A DNA stretch of 64,000 nt from Treponemataceae bacterium (GTDB lineage: Bacteria > Spirochaetota > Spirochaetia > Treponematales > Rectinemataceae): NCBI GenBank assembly GCA_963677895.2, contig CAXXGJ010000038.1, positions 32,001-96,000 of the forward strand, written 5' to 3'. Both the position numbers and the translations under genes were made by a program. Shown here one piece after another: positions 54,336-62,474 of this stretch; the stretch's first letter is position 1, and each line of letters starts with the position of its first letter. Below the pieces are notes generated by a model. It had not been told where the DNA came from, did no database searches, and was given only the letters and a program-made list of their open reading frames with translations.

Positions 54336-56077
54336 CCTATGACCTTACGGATATCAGCTTCGATCGCCGAGATTTTGTCTTTTGTCTGAAGCCGCGCCGC
54401 CTCGATTCCGATAGCTTCGGCATCGGTTTGGCAGAGAATATAATATTTGATCTTGGGCTCGGTGCCGGAAGGCCTTACCGTCACGAAGGTTCCGTCTCGC
54501 AAGCGCCACTGAACAACATCACTTTCGGGCAGGTCGATCGCGCGATACGCGGTTGATCCGACATCCCATTCCTTCCCTGTCTGGATGTCGCGAATGCTCA
54601 CGACAGGAATCCCTCCGAGGGCGATAGGCTGCTTGTGTCTGTAGTTATTCATGATCCCCGACATCGTCTCCATGCCAGCTGGACCCTGGAAATACTTGCT
54701 TATGCCCTTTTCCTCGTAGTAGCCGAATTCGGCGTAGAGTTCGTCCAGCCTGTCGAGGAGGCTTTTCCCTTTCGAGCGCCAGTAGAGCGTCATTTCGGCG
54801 GTGAGCGCGGCGGCCGAGATGCCATCCTTGTCGCGGACTTCAGTCTCTATGAGGTGACCGTAGCTTTCCTCGGTGCCGTAGATAAAATTTTTGCCTTCGG
54901 CTTCGAACTTGCGCATGATCTCCGCTATCCACTTGAAGCCGGTCAGGCATTCGCGGCACTCGACGTTGTATTTGGCGGCTATGGCCGTCTGGAAATTTGT
55001 GGTCACTATGCTTTTGACGCAGGCGGGGCGGGGGGGCATTTTCCCGAATTCGGCGAGCGAGGAAAGGATATAGTCGAGGTGGAGAGCGCCGAGCTGATTG
55101 CCTGTGACGAGGACGAATACCCCGCTTTTATCCGGGACGGCGATGCCCAGCCTGTCCGCGTCGGGGTCGGTCGCCATGACGACATCGGCCTTTTCTTTCA
55201 TTCCCAGGTCGATGGCCATCTTGAGCGCGGCAGGCTCCTCGGGATTGGGGAAGGAAACCGTCGGAAACTCCCCATTTGGCTGCCGCTGTTCCGGTACCGT
55301 CAGGATATTGAGCCCCAATTCGCCCATTATACGCTCGAAGAGCATGGCGCCCGTGCCGTGGAGGGGCGTATAGACTACCTTGACCGAAGAGGCTTCCTTC
55401 TTGATGAGGGCGGGACGAAGCAGCTTGGATTTCACCATGGCCACATAGGCATCGTCGATCCTGGAATCCAGAATGACGAGAAGGCCTTTTTCGAGGGCTT
55501 TGTCCTTCTCCATGGTCCCGACTTTCTTGACCGCCTGGACCTTTTCGATGATGCCGACATCGTGAGGGGGAACTACCTGGGAACCATCGTTCCAATATGC
55601 CTTATAGCCGTTATATTGCGGAGGATTATGGCTCGCCGTGACGACGACGCCCGTGTCGGCGCCTAGTTGGCGAATGGCGAAGGAGAGCTCCGGGGTAGGC
55701 CTCAGCGAAGGGAAAAGATAGGCTTTTATGCCGTTGGCGGCAAAAACGAGGGCTGTGGCCAGGGCAAAATCCGCCGAGCGGCGTCTGGAGTCGTACGCTA
55801 TGCAGGCGGAGAGAGCCTTCGCGGGGAATTGGCCCTTAAGGTAATCGCAGAGTCCCTGCGTGGCTCTCGTCACGACGAGCGTGTTCATGCGGTTGTAGCC
55901 GCCGCCAATGACGCCCCTGAGCCCGCCGGTGCCGAATTCCAGGTCGCGGTAGAATCTATCCTCCAGCTCCTTATCGTCGTTCCTAAGAAGAAGATCCTTC
56001 ACTTCGGAGGCAAACTGGACGTCTTTTTCCTGGGCTGCGTATTCTCTGGCTCTCTCGAGCAAGGCTGATCTTTCCAT
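54332..56077 (-). CDS. pgm: Phosphoglucomutase/phosphomannomutase
   Basis: FGTGGLRG, TASHNP, DPDADR, TGFK, EESYG, RDKDG, RPSGTEPKIK; SD GGAGGAG. Confidence 0.95.
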   Translation of the reverse strand: MERSALLERAREYAAQEKDVQFASEVKDLLLRNDDKELEDRFYRDLEFGTGGLRGVIGGGYNRMNTLVVTRATQGLCDYLKGQFPAKALSACIAYDSRRRSADFALATALVFAANGIKAYLFPSLRPTPELSFAIRQLGADTGVVVTASHNPPQYNGYKAYWNDGSQVVPPHDVGIIEKVQAVKKVGTMEKDKALEKGLLVILDSRIDDAYVAMVKSKLLRPALIKKEASSVKVVYTPLHGTGAMLFERIMGELGLNILTVPEQRQPNGEFPTVSFPNPEEPAALKMAIDLGMKEKADVVMATDPDADRLGIAVPDKSGVFVLVTGNQLGALHLDYILSSLAEFGKMPPRPACVKSIVTTNFQTAIAAKYNVECRECLTGFKWIAEIMRKFEAEGKNFIYGTEESYGHLIETEVRDKDGISAAALTAEMTLYWRSKGKSLLDRLDELYAEFGYYEEKGISKYFQGPAGMETMSGIMNNYRHKQPIALGGIPVVSIRDIQTGKEWDVGSTAYRAIDLPESDVVQWRLRDGTFVTVRPSGTEPKIKYYILCQTDAEAIGIEAARLQTKDKISAIEADIRKVIG

Positions 56078-56124
56078 AAGCGCTCCTCCATACCCTCATC
56101 AGGCTCTTGGGCCGGCCTACAGCG

Positions 56125-56153
56125 AGTATAAATAATTCAGGCCTTTTGCGCAA
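56125..56153 (-). promoter_or_regulatory. Putative promoter of the pgm operon
   Basis: TTGCGC-17-TATACT on the minus strand. Confidence 0.65.
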
Positions 56154-56223
56154 TCAATATGGTTGCCGCGCTCAGCGGGACGCATGTGTCTCGAAGGAAA
56201 GGCGGAAAGCCCGCGGCCTGGCT

Positions 56224-56886
56224 CTAAAGATAACGCAGAAGATCGCCGGGGGTTTCCAAAATTCCCGCCGCGCCGTTCTCAAGGAGCTCCTCGATGGCGC
56301 GGAATCCCCAGGACGCGCCCAAAGGGAGCATGCCGCTGGCCTGGCCGGTACGCATGTCCACGCCGGAATCGCCTACGAAAGCCCACCTGGAAGGGAGAAT
56401 CCCGGAATGCGCGGCTATGGCAAGCGCGCTGGAAGGATCCGGCTTGCGCGGCACGCCGGGCCGGTCGCCCATCACGGCGATGAAGGAAATGTCGGGGAAT
56501 AAGGCAGAAACCATCGCTTTGGTCATCACGTCGGGTTTGTTGGAAAGGACGGCGCAGGGGGTTTTTCTCTCGCGCAGTGAGTCAAGCAGCTCCACGATTC
56601 CCGGATAGGGTTTCGTGGTGTCGAGGGCCATGAGAGAATAGGCAGAGGCCGCCTCGTCCAGGAGTCTATGGAATAGCGCTTCATTCCCGGCAGTCTCTTG
56701 GGGCAGAGCCCGCCGCATAAGCGTTGTGAAACCGTTGCCGACCATGTTCTTGAGCGTGGGGATCGAATGTTCAGGAAAACCATGGGCGGAGAGGACAGAG
56801 TTCACCGCCCGGCCCAAATCGCCGATCGTGTCGGCAAGCGTGCCGTCCAGGTCGAAAATAGCGGCTTGAATGGATGTATGCGTCAA
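56224..56886 (-). CDS. HAD-family phosphatase (phosphoglycolate phosphatase-like)
   Basis: FDLDGTLAD, VLSNK, KPDP, VGDS.VD, WGFR; TTG start. Confidence 0.92.
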   Translation of the reverse strand: MTHTSIQAAIFDLDGTLADTIGDLGRAVNSVLSAHGFPEHSIPTLKNMVGNGFTTLMRRALPQETAGNEALFHRLLDEAASAYSLMALDTTKPYPGIVELLDSLRERKTPCAVLSNKPDVMTKAMVSALFPDISFIAVMGDRPGVPRKPDPSSALAIAAHSGILPSRWAFVGDSGVDMRTGQASGMLPLGASWGFRAIEELLENGAAGILETPGDLLRYL

Positions 56887-56967
56887 AATATGCCCCCGCG
56901 AATTGTATGCGAGGGCACTCTAGCAATGAATCGCGACAGCGTCAATTCCGCGGATTCAAACGCCGAA

Positions 56968-57321
56968 TCAGCCCGGGTTTCCGTCTCCGTCGAGATCAGC
57001 GTCCTGGCCGCCGGCGAGCTTGAAGGCCGATTCCTTCTCCGCTATCTCCCTCTCGACGTTCTTGAGCTGTTCAATGATTGGAGCGATGCCCTCGGAGTAG
57101 GTCCCGATCATAGGTTCTCCCTTTTCCACGAGGAGCTCGTAAACCCCGGCGCCCAGCTTCGCGGTGAGGGATTGGGCCTTGGCGCGAAGCTGCAGGATCT
57201 CGAGCCTCAGCTTGCCTTTTTCGCCCCAGACCTGTGCCTGCGAACCTGCCTTGTTCAAGAAATCCTTCGATGAGTCAAAGCTCTTTTCAAAAAAATCCTT
57301 CATTTTATCGGAAAATGTCAT
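56968..57321 (-). CDS. Hypothetical helical/coiled-coil protein
   Basis: 117 aa amphipathic helices; SD GGAGGG before ATG 57321. Confidence 0.75.
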   Translation of the reverse strand: MTFSDKMKDFFEKSFDSSKDFLNKAGSQAQVWGEKGKLRLEILQLRAKAQSLTAKLGAGVYELLVEKGEPMIGTYSEGIAPIIEQLKNVEREIAEKESAFKLAGGQDADLDGDGNPG

Positions 57322-57408
57322 TTTTCCCTCCACGATATAAAAATACGCAATTCCCGCGATGACAGCAACCTCCGATTTGGATATATTTTCAGCAATGGGA
57401 GGCGCTCT

Positions 57409-58326
57409 ATGACCCTGTTCCTTGCCGCTTTCATATTGGCATGCCTGTGGTGGGCCGGTTTTGCGTTCATTTCGCTCTCCCGCAAGCAGCTGCCGGTCTT
57501 TTTGTTCCTTCTGGCTTCGGGGCTCGTCTGGGCCGCCGCGACATTCACACTCGGCTATTGGGGCGATCCAATGGCCTTAATTCTCTTCACGGTGCCCGTG
57601 CTCGTCATGATCCCCATGATGAGAATCATCAACGAATACCAGCGAGGCGTACTTTTCAGATTGGGACGCATGATGGCCGTCGTCGGACCCGGCTTCAACC
57701 TGGTGCTTCCTTTTGGCCTCGATGTGATGAGGAAAGTCGATATGCGGACCTTCACCATCGACGTGCCAAAACAGGAAGTGATCACGCGCGACAACGTGCC
57801 CGTCCTCGTCGATGCCGTGGTCTACTTCAACGTTTTCGATCCCACGCTCGCGGTTAACAAGGTGGCGGACTACACGAAGAGCACCAGCCTCCTTTCGCAG
57901 ACCATACTCCGCTCCGTACTCGGTCAGCACGATCTCGACGAGATGCTGGCGAAGAGGGCCGAACTGGGACAAAAACTCAAGCTGCTGCTCGACGAAGCCA
58001 CCGATCCCTGGGGAATCAAGGTGACGGCCGTTGAGATAAAGGCCGTGGAACTCGCCGAGACGATGAAGCGGGCCATGGCGAGGCAGGCCGAGGCCGAACG
58101 CGAGCGTCGGGCCAAGATCATCGCCGCCGAAGGCGAACTCCAGGCGAGCGAAAAGCTTTCCCAGGCGGCGACCGTGATGGCCGCGGCGCCTACCTCCATG
58201 CAGCTTCGCTACCTCCAGACGCTTTCGGAGATTGCCGTGGAGAAAAACTCCACGATTATCTTCCCCTTGCCCATGGAATTGCTGAATCATCTCATGCCCG
58301 CGCTGAAGGAGCCCCCTAAACCATGA
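57409..58326 (+). CDS. SPFH/band-7 (slipin, stomatin-like) membrane protein
   Basis: EYQRGVLFRLGR, QEVITRDNV, LRSVLG, DPWGIKV, MARQAEAERERRAK, LRYLQTL; extra N-terminal TMs. Confidence 0.93.
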   Translation: MTLFLAAFILACLWWAGFAFISLSRKQLPVFLFLLASGLVWAAATFTLGYWGDPMALILFTVPVLVMIPMMRIINEYQRGVLFRLGRMMAVVGPGFNLVLPFGLDVMRKVDMRTFTIDVPKQEVITRDNVPVLVDAVVYFNVFDPTLAVNKVADYTKSTSLLSQTILRSVLGQHDLDEMLAKRAELGQKLKLLLDEATDPWGIKVTAVEIKAVELAETMKRAMARQAEAERERRAKIIAAEGELQASEKLSQAATVMAAAPTSMQLRYLQTLSEIAVEKNSTIIFPLPMELLNHLMPALKEPPKP

Positions 58327-58790
58327 AATGTCCACACTGCGGCAGCCTCGATGACAAGGTCATCGATTCCAGGAGCCTCGCCAATGGAGAAGCCATCCGG
58401 CGCAGGAGAGAATGCCTCTCCTGCAACCTCCGTTTCACGAGCTACGAGCGCATAGAGGAAAAGCCCCTCATGGTCGTCAAGCGCGACGGGAGGCGCGAGC
58501 CCTTCGAGCGGAGCAAAATCGAGCGCGGCTTGATACGTTCGCTTGAAAAAAGACCGATCTCCCAAATGTCCATTGAAAACTTCATTAACGAGATCGAGGA
58601 CGAAGCCGCCCAGCTGGCCAAAACCAGCAACGAGATATCGAGCGAAGCGATCGGCAGCATGGTGCTCCGCAGACTGTACGACCTGGATAAGGTCGCGTAT
58701 ATTCGCTTTGCTTCCGTCTACAGGAAATACGAAACCGCCGGGGAGTTTATTCGCGAAATTGAAGCGTTGGGAATGGACGTCGAAAAATAG
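58323..58790 (+). CDS. nrdR: Transcriptional repressor NrdR
   Basis: MKCPHC, VIDSR, IRRRRECLSC, ATP cone VVKRDGRRE, AYIRFASVY. Confidence 0.98.
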   Translation: MKCPHCGSLDDKVIDSRSLANGEAIRRRRECLSCNLRFTSYERIEEKPLMVVKRDGRREPFERSKIERGLIRSLEKRPISQMSIENFINEIEDEAAQLAKTSNEISSEAIGSMVLRRLYDLDKVAYIRFASVYRKYETAGEFIREIEALGMDVEK

Positions 58791-58852
58791 AATCCTGACG
58801 CTAGACGGATTCTCGAGCCTTCACCTACTCCTTGCGCCGCAGCGATAAACGA

Positions 58853-58890
58853 TTAACGCAATCTTAACCGGTATAGAACCTGCCTTAACA
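58853..58890 (+). promoter_or_regulatory. Phased direct repeats, candidate OmpR-family (KdpE) binding site
   Basis: TTAACG (58853), TTAACC (58864), TAGAAC (58874), TTAACA (58885); two pairs with 11-bp spacing upstream of trkA. Confidence 0.5.
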
Positions 58891-58952
58891 AGCTCTCTAT
58901 TCATCAATGAAGACTCTCCTCGATACATTTAAAGCAACAAGGGGAGGGGAAT

Positions 58953-59582
58953 ATGTTCGTACTCATTGCCGGAAGTGGAAGGCTAGGCGTCGGTCTCGCG
59001 AGGGCGATGTCCTCGCGACAGGACGATGTAGTCATAGTGGATTCTGGCCTCAAACAAGAAAGGGTGGGCGAGGGATTTGACGGACTTGTCGTGGATGGCG
59101 ATCCCATGGACATGGAAGTTCTGGAGCGATCGGGGGCAAGGAACGCGGCGCTCTTCATCGCGGCTACCGCGGACGACAATGTGAATATTTGCTGTGCGCA
59201 GGCGGCTAAAGTCCTTTTCGGCGTTAAAGAAGTACTTGCGAGAATCGCCGATCCCGAGCGGGAAGCCTTTTACCGCGAATTGGGAATGAATACCGTCTGT
59301 CCCACCATAACGGGAATCAACCAGGTTCTGGAACTCATACTCAACGATAGGTACGATGTCCTCAGCGCTAGCATTGATCCTGCGTTTCTCTGCGTACATC
59401 CTCCAGAAACCTGGCTTGGTATGCCCTTTTCCAGCGTGAAACCGCCGGTAAAGATGAAAATAGTCGGTCTTCTGAAGGAAGGCCGCCTTGCGAAGATCGC
59501 GGGAAAGGAAATCGTCCGTCGGAACGATACGGTCATCATCGCCAGAGCGAAGGAGAAAGGAGGGCGCTTATGGATCGCGTGA
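58953..59582 (+). CDS. trkA: TrkA/KtrA-type RCK regulatory subunit 1
   Basis: IAGSGRLG, DGD.MD..VL..SG, ATADDNVN, LARI.DP, short divergent RCK_C; SD GGGGAGGG. Confidence 0.88.
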   Translation: MFVLIAGSGRLGVGLARAMSSRQDDVVIVDSGLKQERVGEGFDGLVVDGDPMDMEVLERSGARNAALFIAATADDNVNICCAQAAKVLFGVKEVLARIADPEREAFYRELGMNTVCPTITGINQVLELILNDRYDVLSASIDPAFLCVHPPETWLGMPFSSVKPPVKMKIVGLLKEGRLAKIAGKEIVRRNDTVIIARAKEKGGRLWIA

Positions 59583-60238
59583 TAGTGATCGGCGCCGGCA
59601 AAGTGGGATTTCATCTGGCCAAGGTACTATGCGCTTCAGATTACGAAGTCGTGCTCGTAGAGCGTGAGGATGCAAGAGGATCGGCGATCGCCGAAATGCT
59701 CGAGGTAAAAGTGTTCTGCGGAGACGGAAGCGACCTGCTCATACTAAAAGACGCGGGCGCCGAGCAGGCGATGTACCTTGTCGCCGTGACGGGAAGCGAT
59801 GCGGACAATCTCGTGGCTTGCCAGATTGCCAAGGAACATTTCCATGTACCGCACACCATAGCCAGGGTGATAGATCCTAATAACGAAAAGCTTTTTCGGT
59901 CTCTTGGCGTGGATGCCGTCATCAGCACGACGGCCTTGGCCGCGACGACCATCGGCAACGTGCTTCCATCGAATGGCCTGCGGCTTACCTCAATTTTCGA
60001 CCGAGGAGATGTCGAGCTGGCCGAGATGAGCCTCGCGGAAGATTCGCCTGTGGTTGGGCAGCCGGTTTCGGAGCTGCACTTGCCCGATGACTGCCTTCTC
60101 GTCGCCATATTGCGCGGCGATACGGTCTCGCTGCCGAGAGGTCGCAGCGTACTGCAGCCGATGGACAGGGTGTTCGCCGTGGCGCGCCGCAGCGCGGCGC
60201 CCGCGCTGCGGCGCGCCCTCATGGGGGGAAAGGAATGA
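59570..60238 (+). CDS. trkA: TrkA/KtrA-type RCK regulatory subunit 2
   Basis: IGAGKVG, GDGSD, VTGSDADNL, LGVD, RCK_C SPVVG..V..L.LP..LVAI.RG..PRG..L...D. Confidence 0.92.
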   Translation: MDRVIVIGAGKVGFHLAKVLCASDYEVVLVEREDARGSAIAEMLEVKVFCGDGSDLLILKDAGAEQAMYLVAVTGSDADNLVACQIAKEHFHVPHTIARVIDPNNEKLFRSLGVDAVISTTALAATTIGNVLPSNGLRLTSIFDRGDVELAEMSLAEDSPVVGQPVSELHLPDDCLLVAILRGDTVSLPRGRSVLQPMDRVFAVARRSAAPALRRALMGGKE

Positions 60239-60375
60239 AACGGAGCCTCGTGAAAAGACGCTCGTTTTCTCCCCTCATTATAGGTGTGCTCGCCGAGATA
60301 GGCTACGCCGCGGCTATCGGCGCGATTGGTATTCTCGTCTGCGCGTCGGCTCTTCTCGTGTCGGGGGTCCTATGA
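60235..60375 (+). CDS. 46-aa small membrane protein (not in the ORF track)
   Basis: MKRSLVKRRSFSPLIIGVLAEIGYAAAIGAIGILVCASALLVSGVL; ATGA overlap with the trkA2 stop and with the trkH start; purine-rich SD region GGGGGGAAAGGA. Confidence 0.75.
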   Translation: MKRSLVKRRSFSPLIIGVLAEIGYAAAIGAIGILVCASALLVSGVL

Positions 60376-61880
60376 AATCTTCGCCGAGGTGGAGGGATCT
60401 CGGAATTGTCCTCCACTACACGGGTAAAATCCTCGCGGGTTTTTCTTTTCTTTGCCTCATTCCTGCGCTGACGTCCCTCTTTGCCGGCGAATTCGTGCCA
60501 GCCGTGGATTTTTTGTTGAGTTTCGGCGCGATACTGACCGTCGGCGCCTGCCTTGCGGTCTTTTTTCGGAATGGAAGCAGGCCTGGATGGATGCATGGCA
60601 TGGCTACGGCGGGCATTTCATGGCTTGCCGCGATGGTCGTGTCGGCGCTTCCGTATTGGCTGTCCGGACACTACCTCTCCTATCTCGATGCCATGTTCGA
60701 TGTCATGAGTGGGCTTACGACGACGGGGCTCACGCTCATACAGGACCTCGACCACGTCTCTATTGGGCTGAACATGTGGCGTCATCTGCTCACCTTCGTA
60801 GGCGGGCAGGGGATCATCGTCCTGGCATTGGCGCTCTTTGTCGATGGCAGCGGCGGAGGCTATGGTTTCTATGTGGGCGAAGGGAAGGATGAAAGGCTTT
60901 TTCCTAGTGTCATGCACACGGCGAAAGCCATATGGAGAATCAGCTTTCTCTATCTCGCGGTCGGCACCGCCGCGTTTTGGCTGGCGGGGATGTCGATCGG
61001 ACTCTCACCGATTAGGGCATTCCTGCACGGGCTTTGGATATATATGGCGGCGTGGAGCACTGGAGGATTCGCCCCGATGTCCCAAAATGTGCTCTACTAT
61101 CACAGCGCGCTCTATGAGGCGATCACTTTTATTTTCTTCGTGGTGGGCTCCTTCAACTTCGCGCTCCACGCGGCGGTACTCAAGGGGAACCGGAAAGAAC
61201 TGGTTAAAAATATTGAGACTATTTCCTTCGGCACGACGCTCTGTCTCCTCACGATGCTCGCGTGCTGGGGATTGGTGAAGCTTCACGTCTACCCGGATTT
61301 GGTGACCCTTATCAGGAAGGGCTTTTATCAGCTTGCCTCGGCGCATACGACAACCGGATTCATGACGATCTATCCCCGGCAGTTCGCGACCGAATGGGGC
61401 GATCTCGCCCTTCTCGCCGTGATTGTGGCAATGATGATAGGGGGAAGCGCATGTTCCACGGCCGGCGGGTTCAAGGGACTTCGCGTTGGTATTCTCTTTA
61501 AGGCAATCATCCAGGATACTAAACGTCTCCTCAGGCCTAGCTCGTCGGTCGTGGTGCAGAAATACAGCTATCATGGCGTCCGTACCCTCGGCGAGCAGCA
61601 AGTGAGGGGAGCCGCGCTTGTGGTTCTCATGTATGTGGGCATATTCGCCTTCGCCACGGCGGCGGGCTGTCTCGCCGGCTTTCCCTTTCTCGAAGCGGCA
61701 TTCGAATCGGCATCCGTGACAGGAAACGTCGGCCTCAGCATTGGGGTGACGACAGCCTCGACTCCTATGGGCCTAAAGCTCGTCTACATTTTTAACATGT
61801 GGGCTGGCAGACTCGAGTTCATGGCGGTTCTGGCTTCGGCGGGGTTCGTGGCGTCGCTATTCGGGAAGAGGAAGTTATGA
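60372..61880 (+). CDS. trkH: TrkH-family K+ uptake membrane subunit
   Basis: Four P-loops SGLTTTGL, WSTGGF, AHTTTGF, TGNVGL; GGQGII, STAGGFK, GRLE; true start ATG 60372, 502 aa. Confidence 0.95.
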   Translation: MKSSPRWRDLGIVLHYTGKILAGFSFLCLIPALTSLFAGEFVPAVDFLLSFGAILTVGACLAVFFRNGSRPGWMHGMATAGISWLAAMVVSALPYWLSGHYLSYLDAMFDVMSGLTTTGLTLIQDLDHVSIGLNMWRHLLTFVGGQGIIVLALALFVDGSGGGYGFYVGEGKDERLFPSVMHTAKAIWRISFLYLAVGTAAFWLAGMSIGLSPIRAFLHGLWIYMAAWSTGGFAPMSQNVLYYHSALYEAITFIFFVVGSFNFALHAAVLKGNRKELVKNIETISFGTTLCLLTMLACWGLVKLHVYPDLVTLIRKGFYQLASAHTTTGFMTIYPRQFATEWGDLALLAVIVAMMIGGSACSTAGGFKGLRVGILFKAIIQDTKRLLRPSSSVVVQKYSYHGVRTLGEQQVRGAALVVLMYVGIFAFATAAGCLAGFPFLEAAFESASVTGNVGLSIGVTTASTPMGLKLVYIFNMWAGRLEFMAVLASAGFVASLFGKRKL

Positions 61881-62413
61881 AAAAAGATACTTCATTAAGA
61901 AGCCTGATCCTCATTTTGTTTATGCTTGCTATGGCACTTGCCCCGACGGCGGCCGAATCGGGACCGGGTTTTTTAGCTGCCGTCCCAGCCATTCACCTCT
62001 CCGATATCGTTGAAAAGGCTTCAGCATACGATGGAGCGAAAGTCGCGATAGAGGGCGAGATTATCGGCGACGTGATGGCGAGAGGCGATCATTCGTGGAT
62101 CAATATCCTGGACAGCGGGACAGCCGTGGGCGTATGGGTGGGAAAGAACCGACTGCCTGAAATTGCGTATTTCGGAAACTATGGAGCCATAGGTGACAGG
62201 GTGTACATAACCGGCATCATGCACAGGGCATGCCCGGAGCATGGCGGCGATCTGGATATTCATGCCGAAACGATTGAACTTGTTAAAAAAGGCATACCGA
62301 TTTCTCATCCGCTCGACCTGAAGCGCCTTGGCGCCGCGATGGCGTTCAGTGTTTCTGGTATACTGCTCGCGATTTTGTGGTGGAAACGGGAAAGGCAGGA
62401 AAAAAGATCGTGA
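61877..62413 (+). CDS. Exported, C-terminally anchored OB-fold-like protein
   Basis: Signal peptide; YDG.KV.IEGE.IGD, GDRV.I.G, CPEHGGDLDIHA; C-terminal TM plus basic tail; ATGA overlap with trkH. Confidence 0.75.
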   Translation: MKKDTSLRSLILILFMLAMALAPTAAESGPGFLAAVPAIHLSDIVEKASAYDGAKVAIEGEIIGDVMARGDHSWINILDSGTAVGVWVGKNRLPEIAYFGNYGAIGDRVYITGIMHRACPEHGGDLDIHAETIELVKKGIPISHPLDLKRLGAAMAFSVSGILLAILWWKRERQEKRS

Positions 62414-62474
62414 GCAAGGTTTCAAATGTCTTGCTACACTTATCTCAATGCGCAATAGTTATCGGGGAGCAAAG

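Noticed and set aside
58791..58952. c-di-AMP (ydaO) riboswitch before the K+ operon
   Set aside because: I could not find the conserved ydaO elements or the room for them; an Infernal search with the ydaO-yuaA model would settle it.
60054..60371. N-terminal extension of TrkH shown in the ORF track (608 aa)
   Set aside because: It overlaps trkA2 and the 46-aa ORF and has no TrkH character; ATG 60372 gives a normal length.
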